From Bacteroidaceae bacterium (GTDB taxonomy: Bacteria > Bacteroidota > Bacteroidia > Bacteroidales > Bacteroidaceae), in assembly GCA_024683455.1 (NCBI GenBank), contig JAIKYE010000041.1:47605-111604 (forward strand): 64,000 nt of DNA. The letters run 5' to 3'. Shown piece by piece: positions 1 through 8,783 of the stretch; the stretch's first letter is position 1, and each line of letters opens with the position of its first letter. The notes beneath the pieces are model-generated. The model was given only the letters and a program-made list of their open reading frames with translations. It made no database searches and had not been told where the DNA came from. The position numbers were made by a program, and so were the translations under genes.

Positions 1-1152
1 CATGAGCATCCGGCATGGGATAGCTTATGTTTTGATTATGGCAAGAATGAGGTTTTACATTTCCTTCTCTCAAATTGTAAATATTGGCTTGAGGAATATC
101 ATTTTGACGGCTTCCGTTTTGACGGCGTTACCTCTATGCTATACTATAGCCATGGTTTAGGCGAAAGCTTCAATGGATATCCTGATTACTATAACGGACA
201 TCAGGATGGCAATGCAATAACATACCTAACCTTGGCAAATGAACTTATTCATATGGTTAACAAGCATGCAATAACCATAGCTGAGGAAGTAAGCGGAATG
301 CCGGGAATAGCTGCACCTATTAAGGATGGCGGTTATGGCTTTGACTATCGTATGGCCATGAATATTCCTGATTTCTGGATAAAGACCATCAAAGAACTAA
401 AGGACGAGGATTGGAAGCCAAGTTCTATGCTTTGGGAATTAACCAACAGAAGAAAAGACGAGAAGACAATCTCTTATGCAGAGTGTCACGATCAGGCTCT
501 CGTTGGTGACAAGACCATTATATTCCGCCTTATTGATGCTGATATGTATTGGCATTTTAAGAAGGGAGACCAAACATCTATGGTGGAACGTGGTATAGCA
601 TTACATAAGATGATTCGTCTGCTTACAGCCACAACCATGAATGGAGGTTATCTCAATTTTATGGGTAACGAATTTGGACATCCTGAATGGATAGATTTTC
701 CACGAGAAGGTAACGGCTGGAGTTATAAGTATGCACGCAGGCAGTGGAATCTTGTTGATGATAAATCGCTCTGCTACCACTACTTGAATGACTTTGATGT
801 AGCTATGCTTAAATTGATTAAAAAGCAAAAGCATTTCGAAAAGCAACCGGTTCAAGAGATTTGGCATAACGATGGTGACCAAGTTTTCGCATACCAGAGA
901 GGAGATCTTCTTTTCTTCTTCAACTTCAGTCCTACAAGATCATATTGTGGATATGGTTTTATGGTAAAGCAGGGATCGTATGAATACTTGTTGAATACCG
1001 ATGATGTTGCATTTGGGGGGAATGGATTCAATGATGACAAGTTAACACATCTAACTAATTATGATAATGTCTTAGCACGTGACAACAAGGGTTGGCTTCA
1101 ATTATATTTGCCAGCCCGTACGGCATGTGTCTTAAAGAAAGCAAAAGAATAA
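1..1152 (+). CDS. glgB: 1,4-alpha-glucan branching enzyme (GH13), C-terminal part; the 5' end lies outside the window
   Basis: Frame 1 is open from nt 1 and runs into ORF 136..1152. GH13 signatures FDGFRFDGVTSM, AEEVSG and YAECHDQ are present. Confidence 0.9.
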   Translation, partial: HEHPAWDSLCFDYGKNEVLHFLLSNCKYWLEEYHFDGFRFDGVTSMLYYSHGLGESFNGYPDYYNGHQDGNAITYLTLANELIHMVNKHAITIAEEVSGMPGIAAPIKDGGYGFDYRMAMNIPDFWIKTIKELKDEDWKPSSMLWELTNRRKDEKTISYAECHDQALVGDKTIIFRLIDADMYWHFKKGDQTSMVERGIALHKMIRLLTATTMNGGYLNFMGNEFGHPEWIDFPREGNGWSYKYARRQWNLVDDKSLCYHYLNDFDVAMLKLIKKQKHFEKQPVQEIWHNDGDQVFAYQRGDLLFFFNFSPTRSYCGYGFMVKQGSYEYLLNTDDVAFGGNGFNDDKLTHLTNYDNVLARDNKGWLQLYLPARTACVLKKAKE

Positions 1153-1186
1153 CATACAATTTTTATAGAAATAAATTTTATAGAAA

Positions 1187-2386
1187 ATGCCAAAGATATC
1201 TGTACGAGGATTTGAAATGCCCGAATCGCCAATTCGCAAGTTAGCTCCATTGGCCTTCGCTGCAAAAGAACGAGGAGTTCACGTTTATCATCTTAATATC
1301 GGTCAGCCAGACCTCCCAACTCCAAAAGCGGCGCTTGACGCGATTCATAATATTGATCGCAAAATCCTGGAATACAGTCCTAGTCAAGGGTATCTTAGTT
1401 ATCGTAAAAAGCTTGTTGGTTATTATGCAAAATACAATATTAACCTGACAGCAGATGATATCATTATTACTAGTGGAGGTTCGGAAGCCGTATTGTTTTC
1501 ATTTCTGGCTTGCTTGAATCCTGGGGATGAAATTATTGTGCCAGAACCTGCCTATGCAAACTATATGGCATTTGCTATCTCTGCAGGTGCAGTCATCAGA
1601 ACCATAGCTACGACCATAGAGGAAGGTTTCTCTTTGCCAAAGGTTGAGAAGTTTGAAGAGCTTATCAATGAGAAGACTCGAGCTATACTGATCTGTAATC
1701 CAAATAATCCAACGGGTTATCTTTATACCAGACGTGAGATGAATCAGATTCGTGACCTGGTAAAGAAGTACGACCTGTACCTGTTCTCCGATGAAGTTTA
1801 TCGTGAGTTTATCTATACCGGCAGTCCTTATATTAGTGCTTGTCATCTGGAAGGTATAGAAAATAATGTTGTCTTAATTGATTCTGTCAGCAAGCGCTAT
1901 AGTGAGTGTGGAATCAGAATCGGTGCACTCATTACCAAGAATCAGGAAGTACGCAAGGCTGTCATGAAATTCTGTCAGGCACGCCTGAGCCCCCCATTGA
2001 TTGGGCAGATAGCAGCTGAAGCAAGCCTTGATGAACCAGAAGAGTATAGTCGCGAGGTTTATGACGAATATGTAGAACGCAGAAAATGCTTGATTGACGG
2101 ATTGAATCGTATTCCTGGTGTCTATAGTCCTATTCCTATGGGTGCATTCTATACTGTTGCTAAGCTTCCTGTTGATGATGCAGAAAAATTCTGTGCTTGG
2201 TGCTTGAGCGAGTTTAACTACGAGGGCGAAACGGTGATGATGGCACCTGCTGCAGGTTTCTATACAACTCCAGGCTCTGGCCGTGATGAAGTCAGATTGG
2301 CGTATGTTCTTAAGAAAGAAGACCTTACTCGTGCTCTTTTCGTATTGCGTAAAGCCCTTGAGGCATACCCAGGTTCAACGCTTTAA
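1187..2386 (+). CDS. PLP-dependent aminotransferase, class I/II (aspartate/aromatic type)
   Basis: 399 aa with an ATG start. Family motifs NPNNPTG and SVSKRYSECGIRIG (PLP lysine) are present. Confidence 0.85.
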   Translation: MPKISVRGFEMPESPIRKLAPLAFAAKERGVHVYHLNIGQPDLPTPKAALDAIHNIDRKILEYSPSQGYLSYRKKLVGYYAKYNINLTADDIIITSGGSEAVLFSFLACLNPGDEIIVPEPAYANYMAFAISAGAVIRTIATTIEEGFSLPKVEKFEELINEKTRAILICNPNNPTGYLYTRREMNQIRDLVKKYDLYLFSDEVYREFIYTGSPYISACHLEGIENNVVLIDSVSKRYSECGIRIGALITKNQEVRKAVMKFCQARLSPPLIGQIAAEASLDEPEEYSREVYDEYVERRKCLIDGLNRIPGVYSPIPMGAFYTVAKLPVDDAEKFCAWCLSEFNYEGETVMMAPAAGFYTTPGSGRDEVRLAYVLKKEDLTRALFVLRKALEAYPGSTL

Positions 2387-2416
2387 CAAATATATAACCC
2401 ATTATATTAAAGAGAT

Positions 2417-3658
2417 ATGTTTACTTGGTACGTTGCACGCAAGCTTTTCCAACATACTGATGATGTAAAACGTGTCTCTAAGCCAGCCATTCGTATTGCA
2501 ACATTTGGTGTTGCAATAGGAGTGGCTATAATGCTTATAAGCGTAAGTATTGTGTTGGCTTTCCAGAAAGAGATTCGCAACAAGGTTGTTGGTTTCGGTT
2601 CTCATATACAGGTTATCAATTACGATAGTCAAAGCTCAGAACAATACAAGCCAATTGTTTTTAATGAAGAAACTTTTTCTTTATTGGATGCTGTGCCAGG
2701 CGCGAATTCCGTTTCACCTTACTGCATTAAACCTGGAATGCTTAAAACAGAAAATGCATTTAAGGGTGTTATTTTTAAAGGTGTGGGCTCTCGTTATGAC
2801 TATAGTTTCTTCCGTAAGAATCTTGTTGATGGTGAAATTGTTCCTTTTCAGGATACGGTTACTTCAAACAAGCTTGTTATTTCCCAAGCTCTTTCCAAGC
2901 AGATGAACCTTAGTGTAGGTTCTCCTGTTTATGCTTATTTCTTTGAGGACAAGGTTAAAGCCAGAAAATTCACAGTCTCTGCCATATATTGTACAAATCT
3001 TACAGATTTTGACAATACGCTTGTATTCACGGATGTTTCTTGTGTTCAGAAGATTCTTGGTTTTGATTCCTACCAGTTCTCTGGAGCAGAAGTGAAGCTT
3101 TCAGATTTTAGTCTGCTGGATGAAGCTAATGCATATATAATAAATAATGTAAACAAGAAACAAGATCCGTATGGGGCATATTACACCAGTATGACCATTT
3201 TTGAGATGTATCCCCAAATATTCTCTTGGCTTCAGTTGCTTGACCTGGATGTGTGGGTTATCCTGATTTTAATGATATGTGTAGCAGGATTTACTATGAT
3301 AAGCGGTTTGTTAATTATCATCCTCGAGCGAACCAATTTTATTGGAATTATGAAGGCACTTGGCGCAAGTAACTCGCGCATGCGTCACATATTTCTTTAT
3401 TTCAGTTCCTTTATAGTCCTAAAGGGATTGGTAATCGGCAATGTGCTTGCCCTTGCTCTTGTGTATATTCAGCAACATTGGCAGGTTATACATCTTAATC
3501 CTACTGTTTATTATGTAGATGCTGTCCCTGTATATATTAATTGGTGGTATTACCTTATCATTAATTTGGCAACGCTACTGATTTGTCTTCTGGCTTTAAT
3601 TATCCCAAGCTACCTTATTTCCAATATTCATCCTGCCAAGAGTATTCGTTTTGAATGA
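2417..3658 (+). CDS. FtsX-like ABC transporter permease (LolC/LolE-like)
   Basis: 413 aa. It has an N-terminal TM segment, a large periplasmic loop and a C-terminal 3-TM FtsX module (ILERTNFIGIMKALGA). Confidence 0.8.
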   Translation: MFTWYVARKLFQHTDDVKRVSKPAIRIATFGVAIGVAIMLISVSIVLAFQKEIRNKVVGFGSHIQVINYDSQSSEQYKPIVFNEETFSLLDAVPGANSVSPYCIKPGMLKTENAFKGVIFKGVGSRYDYSFFRKNLVDGEIVPFQDTVTSNKLVISQALSKQMNLSVGSPVYAYFFEDKVKARKFTVSAIYCTNLTDFDNTLVFTDVSCVQKILGFDSYQFSGAEVKLSDFSLLDEANAYIINNVNKKQDPYGAYYTSMTIFEMYPQIFSWLQLLDLDVWVILILMICVAGFTMISGLLIIILERTNFIGIMKALGASNSRMRHIFLYFSSFIVLKGLVIGNVLALALVYIQQHWQVIHLNPTVYYVDAVPVYINWWYYLIINLATLLICLLALIIPSYLISNIHPAKSIRFE

Positions 3659-3672
3659 TTCTCTTTTAAGCA

Positions 3673-4521
3673 TTATTGTTTCTCTAACAGAAGCATACAC
3701 CAGTTTTCGTCAGATTCTTTCTTGACGGGGATAAGGCCATACTTCTTTGCCGCCTCTGTCAGGGAAGGGACATCCTCTGAATAGAAACCGCTTATCAACA
3801 GCATTCCCTTATCATCCAATTTGGAGCAGAATGCCTCTAGATCATTTAAAAGAATATTTCTGTTTATATTGGCAATTATTAAATCAGCCTTACTTGTTTT
3901 CCTAAGAACAGATGCATCTCCCAGTTCTACTAGAACCTGATTGTTGATGCCGTTTAAGAGTAGGTTGTCACGTGTGTTGTCCACGCTCCATTCGTCAATA
4001 TCATAGGCAAATACTCTATTTGCACCTCTCTTAACACACATTATGGACAATATACCTGTACCTGTACCAGCATCAACAATTTTTTTCCCATCAAGGTTCA
4101 TGGATGCCAGTTCGCGCAATATCATCCTTGTAGTTTGGTGGCTGCCTGTCCCAAATGCAAGTTTGGGCGTTATGATAATGTCATATGGAAGGGTAGGGAT
4201 ATCAGTATGTTTGACGTCATGAATAACTATCTGATTGTCTATTATGATAGGATGAAATCCTTCTTCCTCCCACACATCATTCCAGTCTTTGTATTCGGCT
4301 TCAGACTTCTCATAACTTATTTGTATGCCTTGTATAGGAAAGTCCTCTATCGTCAGATTTAATTTTTCAGAATCCAAAAGATTTTGTTGGATATAAGCCG
4401 AAATTCCATTGTCGGATGGAACAAAGCTCTCGAAACCTATTTCAGCCAATGAAGCAGAAAGAACATCGGCATAAGCCTCTATATATGGCTCTATCATGAA
4501 GTTTACCTCGTAGTATTTCAT
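3673..4521 (-). CDS. prmA: ribosomal protein L11 methyltransferase
   Basis: The ORF track starts at a TTG (4533), but the ATG at 4521 gives MKYYEV. It carries the SAM-binding motif VDAGTGTGILS and PrmA-like length and layout. Confidence 0.85.
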   Translation of the reverse strand: MKYYEVNFMIEPYIEAYADVLSASLAEIGFESFVPSDNGISAYIQQNLLDSEKLNLTIEDFPIQGIQISYEKSEAEYKDWNDVWEEEGFHPIIIDNQIVIHDVKHTDIPTLPYDIIITPKLAFGTGSHQTTRMILRELASMNLDGKKIVDAGTGTGILSIMCVKRGANRVFAYDIDEWSVDNTRDNLLLNGINNQVLVELGDASVLRKTSKADLIIANINRNILLNDLEAFCSKLDDKGMLLISGFYSEDVPSLTEAAKKYGLIPVKKESDENWCMLLLEKQ

Positions 4522-4613
4522 AACAAAAGACAAAAATACATATATTTTTATAAATGGGGAAATTTCCTCGCCAAATTAGGTAAAATCCTTTTGGCTAATT
4601 CGCTGATTAAGGT

Positions 4614-4621
4614 TAACTTTG
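4614..4621 (+). promoter_or_regulatory. Bacteroidetes sigma-A -7 box (TAnnTTTG)
   Basis: TAACTTTG lies 28 nt upstream of the ATG at 4649. Confidence 0.55.
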
Positions 4622-4648
4622 CACTGTAATCATATAAATTATATCGAT

Positions 4649-5728
4649 ATGAAATGGTATATTCTAACACTGCTAATGTTTTTAGGCATAACCATTAATG
4701 TTAATGCCCAGGACATTGATGATGATATGTATTTTGTTTCGAGCAAGAAGAAGGCGGCTAAAAAGGCTTCTTCCAAATCTTCTTCACAGAATTTGGTGCC
4801 TGTTAAGGTTGTTAAGCCTGTTTATGACAACGATGATGCCAATGTTGATTTCCATACAGGACAGTTGCGCGACGTCGATGACTATAACCGTAGGGGAAAT
4901 AGCAACGGGCAGGTTGTAGCCAGACTTGTTAACGATACCTTGTATGTAACCACCCTTGATAGCACCCAACAGCAACAGACTTATGTCTATGGTAATGCTA
5001 ACGATGGAAAGGGCAAATATTATGAAGATGACAATTACTATGAGGATGATTATACTTATGCATATCGCTTAGGTCGTTATCATAGTGTTCATTTCGTTGA
5101 CCCTTGGTATTGGGATTATTGCTATGGTTGGTATGACCCCTGGTATGATCCTTGGTACGGCTGGTATGCTCCTTATTATCGTCACGGCTATTATAGCTGG
5201 TATGACTGGGGATGGGGTTGGCACTATTATCCCAGCTATAGCTGGAGCTATCCTGGGTACCATAACCACTATCCCATATATCATGGAGGCGTATATCACC
5301 ATTCTGTAAATCCTGCCTATAGATATGGTGGTCAGAGTTCGAAGAGCTATTCCAGCAGAGGGAACAGAACTTACAATTCTGTATCAAGAGGCAACAGAAC
5401 CTCTACTGATGGCAGAGGAAATGTAACAAGGGATAGAAACATACGAAACGGTTCCGAACGTTCTGAATCAACAAGAGGCTCACGTAACGGGTACACACCA
5501 CGTACGGACAGGAGCAGCTCGCGTACAGAATCTTCCAGAACATATAATCAGTCTTCCAGAAGTAACGATTCCTATCGCTCTTCCTCATCCTCTTCGCGTA
5601 GTTCTTCATCGGGCGGTGGCTTTGGTGGAGGTAGTTTCGGAGGAGGTTCACGTGGTGGCAGCTTCGGTGGTGGCGGAGGAGGCGGTCGCGGAGGATACAG
5701 TGGTGGCTCTGGTCGTGGAGGAAGATAG
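4649..5728 (+). CDS. secreted low-complexity protein (aromatic DPWY/GWY block, S/R-rich block, Gly/Arg-rich tail), function unknown
   Basis: The ATG at 4649 gives signal peptide MKWYILTLLMFLGITINVNAQ. The TTG at 4619 lies inside the promoter box at 4614..4621. Composition is described in the findings. Confidence 0.6.
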   Translation: MKWYILTLLMFLGITINVNAQDIDDDMYFVSSKKKAAKKASSKSSSQNLVPVKVVKPVYDNDDANVDFHTGQLRDVDDYNRRGNSNGQVVARLVNDTLYVTTLDSTQQQQTYVYGNANDGKGKYYEDDNYYEDDYTYAYRLGRYHSVHFVDPWYWDYCYGWYDPWYDPWYGWYAPYYRHGYYSWYDWGWGWHYYPSYSWSYPGYHNHYPIYHGGVYHHSVNPAYRYGGQSSKSYSSRGNRTYNSVSRGNRTSTDGRGNVTRDRNIRNGSERSESTRGSRNGYTPRTDRSSSRTESSRTYNQSSRSNDSYRSSSSSSRSSSSGGGFGGGSFGGGSRGGSFGGGGGGGRGGYSGGSGRGGR

Positions 5729-5779
5729 TTGTTATTTATTATTGAAAATTGAGTATTGAACATATTATTCTATAGAGAT

Positions 5780-7354
5780 ATGAAAAAGTTTCTTTCTATT
5801 CCATTGTTTCTTTGTGCTGTTTCTGCTGTAGCACAGAACACGTATATGAACGAACAGCTGCTTAACAACTCTGAAGACGTAATCGGTACTTCTCGTTTCG
5901 TTGGTATGGGTGGAGCTATGGGTGCCTTGGGGGCTGATCTAAGCGTTATAAGTTGGAATCCCGCAGGTATCGGTCTGTTTAGGAAGAACGACGCATCACT
6001 GACTTTTGGCGGCCTATGGGGTAAGAATTCCATTAAAGAAGAAAGTCGTGGAGCCGCAACATTTGACCAGATAGGTGTTGTCTTCAACCTGAGGACAGAG
6101 TCAGATGTTTGTCCTTATATCAACTTTGGGTTCAATTATCAGAAGAAGAAAAACTTCCTCAGTAATTTCTATGCCGACAATAATAATCTGTACGGCATCA
6201 GTCAGATGGACCAGTTGGCAGAAATGGCTACCGCAGGTCTTGATACTCGCTGGAACCTCACTGGTTTGGCTTTAAACAACGAGTTCTTTACAGAAACTAT
6301 AGGGGCCGACGAAAAGAAGAAATACCACAACAAATATTATGGAGACTATAATACCTATACCCACCATAGCGATGGAGCATTACATTCATGGGATTTCAAC
6401 GTCAGCACAAACATTCAAGATCGTGCTTTCCTTGGTTTGACCTTTGGCGTTGACAATCTAAGCTACTCTTCTTGGACCAACTATTTTGAGGCAAATAGTT
6501 ATCTGAGAGATAATGGGGATGAGGTTAGGGGTGACTATAGTGTTTATAACGATTACCGTATTAATGGCTATGGCTTTAACTTTAAGTTGGGTGGAATCGT
6601 CAGACCATTTGAAAGCAGCTCTTTCCGTGTAGGTTTTGCTATAGAATCGCCAACCTGGTATAAACTTAAGAGCGACGTATATACCGAATTATTCGACGAG
6701 ACATATATGCCTGCCAAATTTGTGGCTAAGTCACAATACCCTTATCCTCTTGATTTCAACATGCGTACTCCCTGGAAGTTCCGCGCCAGCATGGGAAGCA
6801 CAATTGGAAGCGTTTTTGCATGGGATGTTGATTATGAGTATGCAGACTATAGCGACATGACCCAGCGTTATCCCAAGTATGATTATGGTCACTCGTTTGG
6901 TGGTGTTGCGGATATAGATATGAACTACCTTACAAATACTACCCTGAAGGGCGTACATACAGTACGAGCTGGTATGGAGGTCCGTCCTGTGTCACCTCTT
7001 GCATTCCGCGTGGGATATAACTTTACGTCTGCTTCTTATGACACTAAAGGCCAATTCGACCAGTATGACCTTAACAGTTATGCAAGGGACTATATGACCA
7101 GCACCAATTACATGATTACCAGACCTACACATATTCTTTCTTTGGGTATGGGATATAAGTGGAAATATTTCTACTTTGATCTGGCGTACAAGATTCGTCA
7201 CCAGAAGGCTGACTTCTATGCTTTCGATGATACTTTTACATCGTCTCCTGATTTTGGTCAGATGAATCCAGACTTGAAAGACCAGGTTCTTTACTCTGTC
7301 CCACTAGATCTGACGCGACACAGCATAACATGCACGCTTGGTATAAAGTTCTAA
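5780..7354 (+). CDS. outer-membrane beta-barrel protein, FadL/TodX/PorV-like
   Basis: The ATG at 5780 gives signal peptide MKKFLSIPLFLCAVSAVAQ. It has the FadL-type N-terminal motif GMGGAMGALGADLSVISWNPAGIG, alternating aromatic beta-strand patterning, and a C-terminal ...LGIKF. Confidence 0.65.
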   Translation: MKKFLSIPLFLCAVSAVAQNTYMNEQLLNNSEDVIGTSRFVGMGGAMGALGADLSVISWNPAGIGLFRKNDASLTFGGLWGKNSIKEESRGAATFDQIGVVFNLRTESDVCPYINFGFNYQKKKNFLSNFYADNNNLYGISQMDQLAEMATAGLDTRWNLTGLALNNEFFTETIGADEKKKYHNKYYGDYNTYTHHSDGALHSWDFNVSTNIQDRAFLGLTFGVDNLSYSSWTNYFEANSYLRDNGDEVRGDYSVYNDYRINGYGFNFKLGGIVRPFESSSFRVGFAIESPTWYKLKSDVYTELFDETYMPAKFVAKSQYPYPLDFNMRTPWKFRASMGSTIGSVFAWDVDYEYADYSDMTQRYPKYDYGHSFGGVADIDMNYLTNTTLKGVHTVRAGMEVRPVSPLAFRVGYNFTSASYDTKGQFDQYDLNSYARDYMTSTNYMITRPTHILSLGMGYKWKYFYFDLAYKIRHQKADFYAFDDTFTSSPDFGQMNPDLKDQVLYSVPLDLTRHSITCTLGIKF

Positions 7355-7373
7355 AAGAACAACTATAAAAAGA

Positions 7374-7405
7374 AGAAGAGTAGAGGAGTTGTCCTCTACT
7401 CTTCT
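7374..7405. terminator. bidirectional hairpin terminator between convergent genes
   Basis: A perfect 14-bp stem AGAAGAGTAGAGGA/TCCTCTACTCTTCT has a GTTG loop. The T-rich run is on the minus-strand side. It overlaps the dNK stop codon. Confidence 0.7.
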
Positions 7406-8016
7406 GGGAATAAGCCATAAAGTTTGGCATCTATCTGATCAGTTATAAACTGAAAATCCTTAGGGTTCGCTTCAAATTTTAGATTATCGCCATCTATAAT
7501 CAGAAGCGGACCTTTATACGTCTTTATCCATTCCTCATATCTGTCGTTCAGACCTTTCAAGTAATCTATACGGATGCTTTGTTCGTAATCTCTGCCTCTT
7601 TTGCTTATCTGGGCTATTAGATTAGGGATGGTGCTGCGGATGTATATCATCAGGTCAGGGAGACCCACCAAAGACATCATCAGGTCAAAGAGGTCCGTGT
7701 AGTTATTGAAGTCTCTGTCGCTCATATAGCCCTGTTCATGCAGGTTGGGCGCAAAGATGCGTGCATCCTCAAAGATTGTCCTGTCCTGTATAATGGTGTC
7801 CTTGCTCTTGGATATCTCCACCACATCGCGAAAACGTTTGTTCAGAAAGTAAACCTGCAGGTTAAAACTCCACCTGTTCATGTCCTTATAGAAATCCTCT
7901 AAGTATGGATTAACCTCTACAGGCTCGTATCTGGGAGTCCATCCGTACCTTTTCACCAACATCTTGGTAAGTGTTGTCTTTCCGCAACCGATATTTCCTG
8001 CTATAGCTATATGCAT
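7396..8016 (-). CDS. deoxynucleoside kinase
   Basis: 206 aa. P-loop GNIGCGKTT and dNK motifs DRTIFED and RGRDYEQ are present. Confidence 0.85.
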   Translation of the reverse strand: MHIAIAGNIGCGKTTLTKMLVKRYGWTPRYEPVEVNPYLEDFYKDMNRWSFNLQVYFLNKRFRDVVEISKSKDTIIQDRTIFEDARIFAPNLHEQGYMSDRDFNNYTDLFDLMMSLVGLPDLMIYIRSTIPNLIAQISKRGRDYEQSIRIDYLKGLNDRYEEWIKTYKGPLLIIDGDNLKFEANPKDFQFITDQIDAKLYGLFPEE

Positions 8017-8042
8017 ATTCTTTTTGTTTACTGTTTACTTCT

Positions 8043-8675
8043 TCACTTTTCACTCTCCAATGGGAAGAGTCCATAGAGTAGGCTGTCTATCTTTTGTGTG
8101 ATAGAAGTGAGATCCTGTTTGTTGTTTAGATAGTCCATATCATCAACCTCTATGGTCAGCACCTTTCCCTTGTATTTGTTGTATATGAAATCCTCATACA
8201 AATCATTCAATCCTTTCAGGTAATCTATCTGAATCGACTGCTCGTAATCTCTGCCTCGCTTCTGTATATTGCTTACCAAGTGAGGAATGCTGGCGCGAAG
8301 GTAGATCATCAAGTCGGGATACTTTACCATATCGGTCATCAGCTCAAAGAGTTCCATGTAGGCTTGGTAGTCCCTATCCGACAGATGTCCCTGTTTATAG
8401 TTGTTGGCTACAAAGACGTGTACACCCTCATATATGGTCCTGTCTTGAATGATTGTCTTTTTTGACTGCTCTATTTCCAGTATGTTTCTGAATCGCTCCT
8501 TTAGGAAAAACACTTCCATATTGAAGGACCATCGCCTTATGTCGCCATAATAATCTTGCAGATAAGGGTTATTGGTCACAGCTTCGTATTGTGGAGTCCA
8601 TCCGTAATGTTCGGCCAGCAATTCTGTTAGCGTGGTCTTGCCGCTGCCTATATTACCGGCAACGGCTATGTGCAT
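8043..8675 (-). CDS. deoxynucleoside kinase (tandem paralogue)
   Basis: The ATG at 8675 gives MHIAVAGNIGSGKTT, parallel to the neighbour. The ORF track start at 8708 is a GTG. Motifs DRTIYEG and RGRDYEQ are present. Confidence 0.85.
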   Translation of the reverse strand: MHIAVAGNIGSGKTTLTELLAEHYGWTPQYEAVTNNPYLQDYYGDIRRWSFNMEVFFLKERFRNILEIEQSKKTIIQDRTIYEGVHVFVANNYKQGHLSDRDYQAYMELFELMTDMVKYPDLMIYLRASIPHLVSNIQKRGRDYEQSIQIDYLKGLNDLYEDFIYNKYKGKVLTIEVDDMDYLNNKQDLTSITQKIDSLLYGLFPLESEK

Positions 8676-8715
8676 TTTTTCTGTATTTATATTTGGTAAT
8701 TCGCTCACTTAATCG

Positions 8716-8723
8716 TACTTTTG
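8716..8723 (+). promoter_or_regulatory. Bacteroidetes -7 box
   Basis: TACTTTTG lies upstream of the M18 aminopeptidase gene. Confidence 0.5.
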
Positions 8724-8728
8724 CTGTA

Positions 8729-8736
8729 CAAAAATA
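8729..8736 (-). promoter_or_regulatory. Bacteroidetes -7 box
   Basis: TATTTTTG on the minus strand lies upstream of the dNK pair. Confidence 0.45.
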
Positions 8737-8783
8737 AATAGATTATCTGATAAAGACAAACTAATAAACATTTTTTTCTGATT

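Noticed and set aside
4998-5763. Several overlapping ORFs on both strands inside the low-complexity gene, including a poly-Pro ORF at 5572..5763
   Set aside because: They are artefacts of the repetitive, compositionally biased coding sequence. For example, the GGN repeats read as CCN (proline) on the other strand.
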